A stretch of DNA of 64,000 bases from an uncultured Gemmatimonadales bacterium (GCA_963842945.1 CAWJIM010000016.1:1-64000); one strand, 5' to 3'. Counted from the stretch's first letter, positions 30,009 through 42,201 are shown. Notes: generated from the letters alone by a model not told the origin. Numbers and translations: made by a program.

Positions 30009-31718
30009 TCAGATCCGCAGTGACGCCTTGATCTCCGCCAGACGGGCATAGGCTTCCTGGCGGAACTGTTCCAGCAGGCGCTCGATTCGTTCCGGACTCT
30101 CGTCCAGCTGGCGAAGGAGGACGCCGCCGAGCTGCAGACTTCCCTCGACGACCTCGGGCACGGCCGCCGTCGCCCCGGCCGCGACCAGCTTCTCACAGTC
30201 GGAGGTGTCCCGCCCACGTGCCAGGATCGGCAACGAGGATCGCGCGGCCCGGAGAACCTGCACCGCTCGCCCGGCGATACCAGGCTCGTCCAGGGTGCTG
30301 ACCGCGAGCCGGGCCCGGTCCAGGCCGGCGGCCTTCAGTACCTCCGGTTGGCTCGCATCGCCAAAGAACACTCGCCGGCCGTGCCGCCGGGCAGCCGCTA
30401 CCAACTCGGGGTCGCGGTCGAGGGCCACGTAGGGGATCTGCACCGAATCCAGCAGAACTCCAAGGGTCTGGCCCACCCGGCCGAAGCCGGCGATCACGAC
30501 GTGGTCTCGAATCCGCTGGGCCTCGTCACTCAGCGAGCCGTGAGACTCCGGAGGATGTCGCTGCAGCCGGGCGAGCACGATCCGGCTCAGATGAAGCAGG
30601 GCCGGCGTGACCGCCATGCTGGCGCCGATGACGAGCATCGTGAGCTGCGATACCTCCCTGGTGATGACCTGCGCCTGCTGGGCCAGGGGAAAGAGCACGA
30701 AGCCGAACTCGCTACCCTGGGCCAGCATCAGCCCCACCGCGGCGCCAACGCCGAAGGGAAGTCGAAACCCGCGGCTGAGCAGCGCCAGGATGATGGCCTT
30801 GAGGCAGAGCAGAACCAGGAGCAATCCGAGAATGAGTGGCGCCCGCGTTCGCAGCAGCTCGAGATCGAGGCCCATACCGACTGTCATGAAAAACAGCGCC
30901 AGCAAGATGCCGCGGAACGGCTGGATGTCTCCCTCGATCTGGGGCCGGTACTCGGTCTCCGCCATCAGCAGCCCGGCCAGGAAGGCTCCGAGCGCCATGG
31001 GAAGGCCAAACCGCTCGGTTATCCAGCCGACCCCAAGCACCACCAGCAGCACGATACCGGTGAACAGCTCCGGGGTATCTGCGCGAGCAACGTGACGCAG
31101 CACCGGCCGGAGTGCCAGTCGGCCGAGAACGAGGATGGCGATGAAGGCAATGGCCGTCTTCCCGAAAGCGGTGCCCAGCGCCGGCAGGATCCGGGCACCT
31201 TCCCCGCCCAGGAGGGGTATCAGGGTGAGCAGCGGCACCACTGCCAGATCCTGGAACAGCAGCACCGCGAAGGCGAGCCGGCCATGATGAGAGGCCAGCT
31301 CCCGCCGCTCAACCAGCATTCGCAGAACGACGGCGGTAGACGAAAGCGACAGGCCAGCACCGATGATCAGCGCGGCACCATCGGCCAGTCCTGCTGCCCG
31401 CAGGCCGGCCCAGAACACGAGCGCCGTGACCAGAACCTGTGCCGCACCCAGGCCGAACACATAGCGTCGGAGTGCCAGTATCCGCTCGACCGACAGCTCC
31501 AATCCGATCCAGAACAACAGGAAGACCACGCCCAGCCGGGCCACGCCGTCGGTCGACTCGATGTCATGGATCAAGCCCAGCCCGAAGGGGCCGATCAGTG
31601 CTCCAGCCAGGAGGTAGCCCAGCACCGAGCTTCCTCGGAGGCGGCGGAAAACGGAAACGACCGTCACCGCCGCGATCAAAATGATAAGAAACTGCCTCAG
31701 CTCAACCGTGTCGCTCAT
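30009..31718 (-). CDS. CPA2 (KefB/KefC-like) K+/H+ antiporter with TrkA-N domain
   Basis: ~12 TM; LSSTA, LLFQD, LGAFLAG, GFGRVG, FGDA. Confidence 0.92.
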   Translation of the reverse strand: MSDTVELRQFLIILIAAVTVVSVFRRLRGSSVLGYLLAGALIGPFGLGLIHDIESTDGVARLGVVFLLFWIGLELSVERILALRRYVFGLGAAQVLVTALVFWAGLRAAGLADGAALIIGAGLSLSSTAVVLRMLVERRELASHHGRLAFAVLLFQDLAVVPLLTLIPLLGGEGARILPALGTAFGKTAIAFIAILVLGRLALRPVLRHVARADTPELFTGIVLLVVLGVGWITERFGLPMALGAFLAGLLMAETEYRPQIEGDIQPFRGILLALFFMTVGMGLDLELLRTRAPLILGLLLVLLCLKAIILALLSRGFRLPFGVGAAVGLMLAQGSEFGFVLFPLAQQAQVITREVSQLTMLVIGASMAVTPALLHLSRIVLARLQRHPPESHGSLSDEAQRIRDHVVIAGFGRVGQTLGVLLDSVQIPYVALDRDPELVAAARRHGRRVFFGDASQPEVLKAAGLDRARLAVSTLDEPGIAGRAVQVLRAARSSLPILARGRDTSDCEKLVAAGATAAVPEVVEGSLQLGGVLLRQLDESPERIERLLEQFRQEAYARLAEIKASLRI

Positions 31719-31847
31719 CCAGAGCCGGGTGTGAGGGAATAGATGGGCAAAGTCGGTTGAATATAGATCGCTTTTGGTTATCTCCTGATGCTGCGTAGTA
31801 GAGCGCGCTTCTTATTTCGTTCACTCTGACTGGCAGGACGCAGTGCT

Positions 31848-34549
31848 ATGCGAAAGTCCCCAGCTCAGCCGACACCGGCTCAGGGCGAGCCACTGTGGCA
31901 CGCGCTCCCGTCTCACGCGGTGCTGGAACAGCTCGGTTCCGGCTCCCTCGGTCTAACCGAGGCAGAGGCCGCCGAGCGGTTGGTACAATTCGGCCGCAAC
32001 ATCTTTCGGATTGCCCGTCCCCGCTCCGCCTGGTCGATCCTCGTCGCCCAATTCCGCAGCGTCATGGTGGTTCTCCTGTTGGTTGCGGGGGCCGTGGCCC
32101 TGGTCTCAAGAGACCTGCTCGATGCCGGCGCGATCCTCGCCGTGCTGATCCTGAACGTCGCCATCGGCTTTGTGACCGAGCTCAGGGCGCATCGCGCGGT
32201 CGAGGCGCTCCTCGAGCTCGAGGTGACCCATGCCCGGGCCGTGCGCGATGGCCGAGTGCGGGAGCTGGACGCGCGCGATCTGGTTCCGGGGGATGTGATC
32301 GAGATCGAGACCGGGCAGATGGTCCCCGCCGACGCCAGGCTGCTTCAGGCCGCCGAGCTCCGCACGGTGGAGGCGTCACTCACCGGCGAGCCGCTGCCGA
32401 TCGATAAGCGGGCCGAGGCGGTACTCGATGCTGAAGTGCCGCTGGCCGAGCGCACGACGATGCTGTACAAAGCCACTCCGGTAGTGGCGGGCCGGGGCCG
32501 CGCTGTCATCGTGGCGACCGGGATGATGACGGAGGTCGGACGTATCGGCGAGCTGGTCAGCGGAATCGCCGAGAAGCGAACGCCACTCGAGCGCCGGTTG
32601 GACACACTGGGACGGCGCCTGGTCGCGGTCGCGGTGGGAGTGGCCATCCTGGTGATCTGGCTGGGATACCTCCAGGGCCTGTCACCCAAGGAGCTGTTCC
32701 AGACCGGGGTGGCGCTCGCGGTCGCGGCGGTGCCGGAAGGATTGCCGGTCGTCGGCACCATTGCCATGGCAGTTGGCGTACGCCGCATGGCTCGACGGCG
32801 GGCGTTGATGCGGCATCTCCCCGCGGTGGAAACGCTCGGCTCGGCCACCATCATTTGCACCGACAAGACGGGGACTCTGACCGCGGGCGAGATGACCGTG
32901 ACCATCGTCCGCCTGGACGACCGCGAGATCGAGGTGCGAGGATCCGGCTACTCGCCTCAGGGTGACTTCCTGCATCTGGGTACCCGAATCGATCCGCGGG
33001 GAGAGCCTCGGCTTGCGGCTGTCCTGCGGATCTGCGCCCTGACCAGCCGGGGAGACGTCGCCGAGCGCAACGGCGTCTGGGCTGCAGTGGGTGACCCGAC
33101 GGAGGCTGCGCTGGCCACGCTCGCGCGCAAGGCCGGGCTCGACCGCGACGCCCTGCTCACGAGAGCTGCCCGAGTCGGGCGAGCTGCCGTTCAGTAGTCA
33201 GCGCATGCTGATGGCGACATTTCACCGCTCCCCGTCGGGCGTGCTCATTGCGGTAAAGGGTGCTCCGGCCCGGGTTCTTCAGCTGAGCACCCGGGCTCTC
33301 GCAGAGACCGGTAGCCGGGAGCTGAACGAAGCCGAGCGCCGCCGCCTGCTGGAACTCAACCGCGAACTGGCCGGCCGCGGACTTCGGGTACTCGCCTTAG
33401 CTCAGAGAGATGGATCGGGGCCGGCAGATCGGGAGATCCAGGATCTCACCTGGATCGGCTTCGTGGGTATGACCGATCCGCCGGCTCCTGGCGTCAGGGA
33501 GACCATCGCCACCTTTCGGCGGGCAGGAATACGCACGGTGATGTTGACCGGCGACCAACGACTCACGGCCGAGCGCGTCGCTACCGATCTCGGCCTGAGC
33601 CAGGCTGACGACGTGATACTCGAGGGGCACGAGGTGGACCGGCTCTCGGATGCTGCGCTTCGGACGGCAACCCGGCACGCGGTCGGGTACAGCCGGGTGA
33701 GCCCGGAGGCTAAACTCCGCATCATCAGCGCCTATCAGGCCGGGGGCGATACCGTCGCCATGCTGGGAGATGGGGTGAACGATGCCGCAGCGCTGAAAAA
33801 GGCCGATATCGGTGTGGCCATGGGGCAGCGGGGAACCGACATGGCCAAGGAGGCATCCGATCTCATCCTGGAGGACGACCGATTCCAGACCATTGCGGCT
33901 GCGGTCGAGGAAGGCAGGGTAATATTCGACAACATTCGAAAGTTCGTCTTCTATCTGTTCAGCTGTAACCTGGGCGAGATCCTGGTGCTGCTCGGAGCTG
34001 GAGTTGCAGGACTTCCGCCGCCGTTGCTGCCGCTTCAGATCCTCTGGCTCAATCTGCTGACCGACACCGTGCCGGCCCTGTCGCTGGCGGTCGAGCCAGG
34101 CGAACCGGGACTCATGGATCAGCCGCCCCGCAACCCTGGGGAGGCCATCCTGTCTCCTCGCCTGACCCGCTCCATCATCGGTTACGGTCTGCTCATCAGC
34201 CTCTGTACTCTCGGCGCATACTGGTGGGCTCTCACCCGGTTTCCCCACGATCAGGCGCGGGCCACGACAGTGGCGTTCATGACCCTTGCATTCGCGCAGA
34301 TCCTGCACCTCGGCAACGCCCGGAGTGCTCTTCCGGTGCTCGCGCCGCTCCAGGTGGTGGCCAATCGGTATGCGCTCGCCGCGGCTTGGCCTGACCGCCG
34401 CACTGCAGGCGTTGACGCTTAAGCTCGAGCCGCTGGCGCGGGTGCTCCGGGTCGAGCCGATCGGGGGCGAAGGGTGGCTCGTGGTGATCGGGTTTGCGCT
34501 GATCCCGGCTCTGGCGGGGCAGCTCATCAAGACCATCAGGGCGCAGTGA
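31848..34549 (+). CDS. type IIA cation-transporting P-type ATPase (frameshifts ~33160, ~34390)
   Basis: LTGEP, PEGL, DKTGTLT, KGAP, DPP, GDGVND, LWLNLLTD. Confidence 0.9.
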
Positions 34550-34561
34550 TGTCGCTTCGGT

Positions 34562-35785
34562 TCACATGGCTCCCACGATACGAACAGGACTGAGGCGCCT
34601 CTCTGTCGTGCCATCGCCGAGTTGGCCGCTGCGATTCTCCCCCCAGCAATAGCCGACACCGGCAGCGGTCGTCCCACAGCTGTGGGACGCGCCAGGGCTG
34701 AGCTGAACCAGGGCGAGACGGCCGGCCACCGAAACCGGAGTCGATTGCTGCAGAGTGGTACCATCGCCAAGCAGTCCACCGGTTCCCCAGCAGTAGATGC
34801 GGTGCAGAATGGTCTCGCCGCAGGTGAATGGGTTAAAGGACCCACCTGCGCCGACGCTCTCGAACGACAGCCCTCCCACAACGGCTACCGGCCAGAGGCG
34901 GACGCGGAGGTAGGTCTTGCCGTTGCCCAGCGCGCCCCATCGGTTGCTTCCCCAGCAGTACGCTCTAGCCGCGGTAGAGACCGCGCAGGTGTGCAGGTTC
35001 CCCGCTGATACCTGCCGAAACTTCAGGGTTCCAGCGGCGACCCGGACTGGACTGAAATGCCCCACTCTGCTGCTGTCCCCCAGCTGACCGTAATAGTTCC
35101 GTCCCCAGCAGTAGAGTTGCCGGGAGATAGCGAGACCGCAGGTATGTTGTCCGCCTGCACTCAACTGAAGCCAGCGCCGCCCGCCGAACACGGGAACGGG
35201 GGTCAAGCGATCGGTCGTCGTGCGATCGCCAATCTGTCCGGAGGAGTTATTTCCCCAGCAGTACGCCAGACTGTCGTAATACCCAATGGCGCACGCGTGA
35301 TGTCCGCCGGCGACGACTTGCCGGAATCGGAGCGCGCTTGCCACCGGCGTCGGTGTCAGCCGGTCCTGAGTAGTACCGTCGCCCAATTGCCCAGAATTTG
35401 CGCCCCAGCAGTGGACTCGAAATCCGGTTCCCAAGCCACAGGAGAACTCGTTGCCGGCGCTCACACTGCGAAATCTGACGGTCCCGACGACGAGCTCCGG
35501 CGTCGGTTGAGGGTCCCAACTCGATGTACCATTGCCAAGCTGCCCCCGCGCATTGGAACCCCAGCAGTAGGCCAGGTCTTCCTGGGTTACCCCACAGGTG
35601 TGATCGTAGTCCGCAAGCAAGCCCCGGCCCGAGCTGACCTCTCGAAACACCAGTGCGGCGGCCGACCCCAGGCTCGGGCTGGAGGGTTCGGCTACCGGAG
35701 CGGTAGGCGCGTCATTCGTACTCTGACAGCCGGTCGCTGCCAGCAGCGCCAGGGAACCCAGAGCCAGAATTGAAGGCTTGCGCAC
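34562..35785 (-). CDS. RCC1-repeat beta-propeller lipoprotein
   Basis: GAGGTG RBS; ATG-C lipobox; about 7 HTC...YCWG.N..GQLG.G repeats. Confidence 0.9.
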   Translation of the reverse strand: MRKPSILALGSLALLAATGCQSTNDAPTAPVAEPSSPSLGSAAALVFREVSSGRGLLADYDHTCGVTQEDLAYCWGSNARGQLGNGTSSWDPQPTPELVVGTVRFRSVSAGNEFSCGLGTGFRVHCWGANSGQLGDGTTQDRLTPTPVASALRFRQVVAGGHHACAIGYYDSLAYCWGNNSSGQIGDRTTTDRLTPVPVFGGRRWLQLSAGGQHTCGLAISRQLYCWGRNYYGQLGDSSRVGHFSPVRVAAGTLKFRQVSAGNLHTCAVSTAARAYCWGSNRWGALGNGKTYLRVRLWPVAVVGGLSFESVGAGGSFNPFTCGETILHRIYCWGTGGLLGDGTTLQQSTPVSVAGRLALVQLSPGASHSCGTTAAGVGYCWGENRSGQLGDGTTERRLSPVRIVGAM

Positions 35786-35863
35786 GATACACCTCGTTCC
35801 TTCCAGTATGGAGCACAGGGGTCAGGTTCGAATGGATGCGAACTCGGCCCGGAAACAGAGTGA

Positions 35864-35956
35864 ATTCTAGGGCTGGGGCATGATGCGCTGGTGGAATTTT
35901 CGTGAGGATCTCTTCAGGCAAACCTCACTCCGGCGTCAGGGACCGGAGCGTATGCT
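35864..35956. promoter_or_regulatory. shared divergent regulon box for RCC1 (-) and Kelch (+) genes
   Basis: +: TGAGG-N4-CTTCA-N6-CCTCA-N6-CGTCA-N12-TATGCT; -: TGAAG-N4-CCTCA-N6-TTCCA-N6-CATCA-N11-TAGAAT. Confidence 0.7.
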
Positions 35957-36008
35957 GGGGCACGCTTCACAGGGATGCGGACGAGATCAGCACCGTCAGG
36001 AGGTTGGT

Positions 36009-36600
36009 ATGAGAAGACATTCAGCTGCTGCTCTTCTGGGACTCGGCTGCCTGCTGCTGGCAGGCTGTTCCGATCAGACTGCTCCATCCGGGATGCGGAG
36101 CGATGCCGGTCCGGACCTCGCGGTTACCCATAACACCTGGATCACCCGGAAGGACATGTGGAATACCGAGCGGACCGATTTCGCGACCGCCACGGTGCCC
36201 AATGCGGCCGGCCAGTCGGTGGTGTATGTGATCGGGGGCCGCGGCGCGTCGAACGTGGGGCTCACCAGTGTCATGGCGTATAACGTCGCCACCAACACCT
36301 GGACCCTGAAGAGCGCCCCTCCCCTGGCCTCGGTACGCGATGAGCGGAGCCGGTGTGATCAACGGCAAGATCTACATAACAGGGGGGTACCCGTACGGAT
36401 ATTCCAGTCCTCGGACGCTGATGTATGATCCCGCCAAGAACACTTGGGCCGAGAAGAGCCGCATGCCGGACGTGGAAGATCTGCAGGCCGGTGGTACAGG
36501 GGTGACCGGGGTCATCAATGGCAAGCTCTACGTGGTAACAGAGGGACGGTGCACTGATACGCGGCCCGACTATGACGAGAACGTTGTCCGTGATGGGTGA
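36009..36600 (+). pseudogene. Kelch-repeat lipoprotein, frameshifted (~36330) and 3'-truncated
   Basis: LAG-C lipobox; NAAGQSVVYVIGG, AYNVATNTW, GVINGKIY; ends about half-way along its paralog at 49823-50914. Confidence 0.7.
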
Positions 36601-36625
36601 TCGCGGTGAAACGGGCGCCGGCTGG

Positions 36626-38677
36626 TCAGAGCCGGGCCCGCCGAAGCAGCTGGGCGTTGACCGCAACGATGACGGTGCTGAGCGACATGAGGATCGCCCC
36701 GACCGCCGGGGACAGCAGGATCCCCCGGTGGGCCAGGATGCCCGCTGCGAGCGGAATGGCGACGATGTTGTAGCCGGCGGCCCACCAGAGGTTCTGCACC
36801 ATCTTGCGGTAGCTCGCCTTCGATAGCGAGACGATCCGCGGCACATCGCGCGGGTCGCTTCGAATCAGCACCACATCGCCGGCTTCGACCGCCACGTCGG
36901 TTCCGGCACCGATCGCGATGCCGACGTCGGCCGTGACCAGCGCCGGCGCGTCGTTCACCCCGTCGCCCACCATGGCGACGCGCTTGCCCTGGCGCTGAAG
37001 CTCCTGGATCTTCGCCGCCTTTTCCTCCGGAAGAACCTGGGCAAAGACTCTGTCGATCCCGAGCTCGGCGGCCACGGCTTCGGCCACCGGCTGAGCATCG
37101 CCGGTCAGCATGGCGACTTCGATCCCCAGCCGATGCAGCCGGTCGACCGCCTCCCGTGATTCGGGACGGATCGCATCGGCCACGCTGAAGGCCGCCAGGA
37201 CTCCGGTCCCTTCGATCAGGTAAATGACGCTCTGTCCCTTGGCCGCCGCCGCTGCGGTAAACTCGTCCAGCTCGCGGGGAAGCGTGAGGTTCAGCTTCCG
37301 CAGCAAATTCGGCCCACCGAGGGCGAGCTTCCGGCCATCCGACCACGGCCTCGACTCCGTAGCCGGACATGGCACTGAAGTACGTGGCGCGGGGAATGTC
37401 GTATCCCTGTTCCTGGGCGCTGGTCACCACCGCCCGCGCGATGGGGTGCTCGGCATCCTGCTCCATTGCGGCGGCCAGCCGGAGCGCCTCTGCTTCGGTG
37501 AGACCGTCAGCGTCCTCATCGCCACCACCCGGTGCTCGCCCAGGGTGAGCGTCCCGGTCTTGTCGAAGACCACTGCGTTGAGCAATCGGGCCTCCTCCAG
37601 GCCGCGCCGGTCGCGGACCAGGAGCCCGCCCCGGGCACCGAGAGTGGTCGAGATGGCGATGACCAGCGGCACGGCCAAACCGAGCGCGTGGGGGCAGGCG
37701 ATGACGAGTACGGTGACCAGCCGCTCGACCGCGAAGGCGGCATCCGCGCCCGCCGCCAGCCACCCGGCCAGGGTGACCGCTCCCGCGCCGAGCGCGACGA
37801 TGGTAAGCCAGTACGCGGCCCGGTCGGCCAGCGCCTGGGCCCGGCTCTTGGACTGTTGAGCCTGCTCGACCAGGCGCATGATCCCGGCGAGCGTGGTGCG
37901 CTCTCCGGTTCCGGTTACTTCAACCCGCAGCGATCCCGAGTCATTCACGGTGCCGGCGATCACTGGGGCGCCGGGGTTTTTCTCGACCGGCCGAGATTCG
38001 CCCGTGATCATGGATTCGTTCACGCTGCTGTGGCCTTCGCGTGCGATGCCGTCTGCGGCTACGCGGGCACCCGGGCGCACCAGGATCAGATCACCCGGTC
38101 GAAGCTCTGCGACCGGCACCTCGACCGGCTCTCCTGTCCCGCTGATACGCAGCGCGGTATCCGGCAGCAGCCTGGCCAGCTCGGCCAGGGCCCCCTGCGC
38201 CTGGGTGATCGACCGCATCTCGATCCAATGGCCCAGCAGCATGATCGTGACCAGGGTGGACAGCTCCTCCCAGAGCGGCATCCCGCGATAGCCCAGAGTC
38301 ACCGCCGCGCTGAAGACGAACGCCACCGAGATCGCCAGGGCGATCAGGGTCATCATCCCCGGCAGGCGCTCGCGCAGCTCGCGAACGGCTCCCTGGATGA
38401 ATGGCCAGCCTCCGTAGAGGAACACAGCGGTGCCGAACACCGGCGGGATCCAGCGGGCACCAGGGAACTGTGGCGGCGCGTACCCGAACGCCCGCTGCAG
38501 CATGTGACCCCAGATCAGGGTCGGGATGGTGAGAAGGAGAGAGATCCAGAACTTGTCCCGGAACATCGCGACACTATGACCGGCGTGTTTGGCATGCGGG
38601 TCGTGTCCGCCGGCCGGATGTTGGCGGTGTGCCGGGGTCGAAAGATTCGGTTGATGTTCGTGCTGCTGGTGGCGCAC
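36626..38677 (-). CDS. copB: copper-exporting P1B-3 (CopB-type) ATPase (frameshifts ~37500, ~37345)
   Basis: His-rich N-terminus, [39 protein letters not shown]. Confidence 0.88.
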
Positions 38678-38733
38678 GCCGCGCTCAGGCCTTTGTCTGA
38701 GGGCTCAGCCCAGGCTCATTCGCGCTTGCCCGG

Positions 38734-39102
38734 TTATCTAGAGTCATGATGTTCGGCATGTGCGCTATCGTCCCGATCCGACGGTGCCATCCGGGGTCCA
38801 CCCATCATGTGCTCCGAGTGCATCCGCTCCATCATCTGCATCATATGCGACCGCATCTGCTTGCGTTGGGCGACCAGCTCGTTGATCACCGCCGCCATGG
38901 CCTCGACTTTCTTTTGTCCGGTAGCACGATTCATCTCGCCCACCAGCCGGTCCATCCGGGCATCGGCCGCCTGGACCTGCTGCATCATCCTCTCATGGTT
39001 CATCATCATGGCGCTGTCCCGATGCGGAACCGGCTGTTGAGCGGATACCGCGACCGGAGATAGCGTGGCGGCCAGCAGAAAAATTCCAATGTGGCGAATC
39101 AT
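38734..39102 (-). CDS. periplasmic Met/His-rich helical protein (putative Cu-binding)
   Basis: AGGAG RBS; signal peptide; MMMNHERMM, MRSHMMQMMERMHSEHMM, HAEHH. Confidence 0.75.
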   Translation of the reverse strand: MIRHIGIFLLAATLSPVAVSAQQPVPHRDSAMMMNHERMMQQVQAADARMDRLVGEMNRATGQKKVEAMAAVINELVAQRKQMRSHMMQMMERMHSEHMMGGPRMAPSDRDDSAHAEHHDSR

Positions 39103-39162
39103 GGGTTCAGCTCCTGTATCGAGTGTACAGCATCAGCATTCTTTCGGCCAAGCTCACCCTGC

Positions 39163-41620
39163 TCAGCACTCATCCGCTCCGGCGGCAATCCTGTACGCTA
39201 CCCTGGCGAGCGAGTCGGGATTGAGCGATATCGAATCGATCCCGATCCGCACCAGATAATCGGCGAAGTCGGGGTAGTCGCTCGGCGCCTGGCCGCAGAT
39301 CCCGACCGGCCGCCCGTTCTGGTGGGCTGCGGCGATGACCATCTGGATCAGCCGCTTCACCCCGGGATCCCGCTCGTCGAACACTTCGCGGAGCAGCTCG
39401 GAGTCGCGGTCCACGCCGAGCGCCAGCTGGGTGAGATCGTTGGACCCGATGGAGAAGCCATCGAAAAGCTGGCTGAACTCGGCGGCAAGAATGACGTTGT
39501 TGGGGATCTCGCACATGACGTAGACCTGCAGGCCGTTCTGTCCCCGAATGAGGCCGTTCTCCGCCATCACCCGAAGCACCCGGCGGCCTTCCTCCACCGT
39601 CCGGCAGAACGGAATCATCACCTTGACGTTGGTCAGGCCCATCTCCTCCCTGACCCGCCAGATCGCGGCGCACTCCAGGGCGAAGGCCTCCCGATAGCGA
39701 TCGTCGTAATAGCGGGAGGCGCCGCGGAAGCCGATCATCGGGTTGGACTCCACCGGCTCGAAGTCCCTGCCGCCCAGCAGCCCGGCGTACTCGTTGGTCT
39801 TGAAGTCGGAGAAGCGCACTATCACGGGCCGGGGATAGAAGGCGGCCGCTATCTGGGCCACGCCGCTGGCCAGGCGGCTCACGAAGAACTCGGATGCCGG
39901 ATGAATGTTTGCCACCCGCCTCCGGATCTCGTCAGCCGCGGCCTCGTCGGTCACCCGCTCCAGGTGGAGAAGCGCCATCGGGTGGACCCCGATCCAGCTC
40001 GACACCACGAACTCGATCCGGACCAGCCCCACGCCGTCGCTGGGAAGTTGGGCCAGATGGAACGCCCGCTCCGGATTGGCCAGGTTGAGCATCAGAGGCA
40101 CCGCCGGCTTCGGCAGAGTCGCCGGGTCGATCTCCTGCCGGTCGAAGGCAACTTTCCCCGCGTACACTCTTCCGTCCTCGCCTTCGGCACAGGAGATGGT
40201 GACCTCCTGGCCGTCGCGGAGTACCTGGGTGCCGCGCACGGTGCCCACCACGCAGGGGATTCCCAGCTCGCGGGCCACAATCGCCGCGTGACAGGTGCGC
40301 CCTCCCTCGTCGGTGACCACGGCAGCGGCCTGCTTGAGGACCGGCTCCCAGTCCGGGTCAGTCATCGGCGCCACCAGCACCTCGCCGGGCTGGAACTGGC
40401 TGAGACCTTCGGTGGACCGGATCACTCTCACGCGGCCGGTGGCGACGCTGTTCCCCACTGCCTGACCCGTCAGCAGGATTTCGGCTTCCCCCTGCCTCCG
40501 GTAGAATGCCAGGCTGGGAGCAGTGGAGCGGGAGTGCACCGTCTCCGGCCTGGCCTGGAGGATGAACAGCTGGCCGTCGCGGCCATCCCGGGCCCACTCG
40601 ATATCCATCGGAGTAGGGCGTCCCGCCCGCTCGGAGTAGTGGTCCTCGATCTCGAGCGCCCACTGGGCCAGGGTGAGAACGTCGTCGTCGCCCAAAACCG
40701 CGGCCTGGCGCTCCCGCCGAGGCACCCGCACTTCTCGCACCGTCTTCCCGCTCTCCTCGGCGTAGATCAGTTTCATCTCTTTATCAGCAATCTCCCGGCG
40801 GATGATGGAGCGGTGCCCCTGCCGCAGGGTCGGCTTGTGCACCCAGAACTCGTCGGGGCGAACCCTGCCCTGCACCACCGTCTCGCCCAGGCCCCAGGCA
40901 CCGGTGATGAGCACCACGTCGCGAAATCCGCTCTCGGTATCCAGGGTGAAGATCACGCCGGCCGAGTCCAGGTCGCTCCGGACCATCTTCTGCACGCCGA
41001 CCGATAGCCCCACGTCGCGGTGCTCGATTCCCCGCTCGGCGCGATACACGATGGCCCGCTCGGTAAAGAGAGAAGCCATGCAACCCCGGACCGCCCGGTC
41101 GAGCGCTTCGAAGCCGCGGATGTTGAGATAGGTCTCCTGTTGCCCCGCGAAAGAAGCCGTAGGCAGATCCTCGGCGGTCGCGCTGGAACGGACTGCTACG
41201 TCGGTAGCCTCCTCGGTGTAATCCGTGGACAAGCGACTGTAGGCGGCCCGAAGTTGCTCGGCCACCTCGCTCGGCAGCGGCGCAGTGGCTATCCGGTTCC
41301 TGATTGACCGTGCAGTCCCGGCCAGGGCGGCGACATCATGCAGGTCTACACCCGCCAGCTCGGTGTAGATGCTCGAGTCAAGGCCGGCGGCTCGAAGGTG
41401 CAGGCGGAAGGCGTCAGCAGTGACGGCAAAGCCGTTGGGGACTCGGATTCCCTTGGGTCCTCAGTGCGCGGATCATTTCTCCCAGCGAGGCATTCTTCCC
41501 CCCGACCCGCGGAAGATCTTCCAGGTTGATCTCGCTGAAGGGCAGGACGTACTGGGGCGAAGCCGGTGGAGAGGGTGACGCCCAGGACGGGCGAGGAACG
41601 CTGGCGGTGGCATTGCTCAT
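39163..41620 (-). CDS. ppsA: phosphoenolpyruvate synthase (several frameshifts in the 5' 350 nt)
   Basis: VGGKNASLGE, VRSSATAEDLP.ASFAGQQ, QARPETV, GGRTCHAAI, GSNDLTQ, GICGQAP. Confidence 0.93.
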
Positions 41621-41659
41621 GAGTGGGCCTCGAGATTCATGGTGGTTTCAACTCCTGAC

Positions 41660-41774
41660 AATCTGCGAGGCGCGATATGAAGGAACCATGAAGCGCAGAG
41701 GAATCCGGGATCAGCCATTCGGAAGAAGTCTTCACGGTGGGTTCAGTCCGGATTCAGGAGCCGGGAGCAAACTT
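41660..41774. promoter_or_regulatory. back-to-back regulon boxes for ppsA (-) and CBS (+)
   Basis: -: TGATC-N4-ATTCC-N6-CTTCA-N6-CTTCA-N12-CAGATT; +: GGAAG-N4-CTTCA-N6-GTTCA-N6-ATTCA-N11-CAAACT. Confidence 0.72.
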
Positions 41775-41799
41775 CAGGCAACCTTCTCCCGGAGGCACC

Positions 41800-42201
41800 A
41801 TGCTGGTTTCCGAACTGATGCAGACCGATCTCCAGGTCATCGCTCCAGATGCAGCAGTGAACGAGGCCGCAGTTACTCTGGCAGAGGCCCACGTTTCGGG
41901 CCTCCCGGTGGTGGACCGGCGCGGACACCTGGTAGGAGTCATCTCCAGCACTGATATCCTCGCTTCGGAAGAGGAGGTTGAAGGTGAGGCGGGGAGGGTG
42001 GCGCTGTTCGAGGAGACTCTGGTCCGCGATCTCATGACCCCGCGGCCCGTGACCGTCGCGCCAACGGCCACGGTCAAAGATGCTGCCCAGCTCCTGCTCT
42101 ATGCCGACGTGCACCGGGTATTTGTGATGGATGGCGACCGGCTGGTCGGCGTCCTCTCCACCACGGACATCGTTCGAGCGGTCGCCAACGGCCAGCTCTG
42201 A
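41800..42201 (+). CDS. CBS-domain pair protein
   Basis: GGAGG RBS; SGLPVVD..G.LVGVIS.TD; second CBS repeat. Confidence 0.9.
   Translation: MLVSELMQTDLQVIAPDAAVNEAAVTLAEAHVSGLPVVDRRGHLVGVISSTDILASEEEVEGEAGRVALFEETLVRDLMTPRPVTVAPTATVKDAAQLLLYADVHRVFVMDGDRLVGVLSTTDIVRAVANGQL

Noticed and set aside
39091..41007. 638-aa + strand ORF and other long shadow ORFs (30348-31742, 33397-34881, 37532-38749)
   Set aside because: Antisense shadows of clear genes in high-GC DNA.
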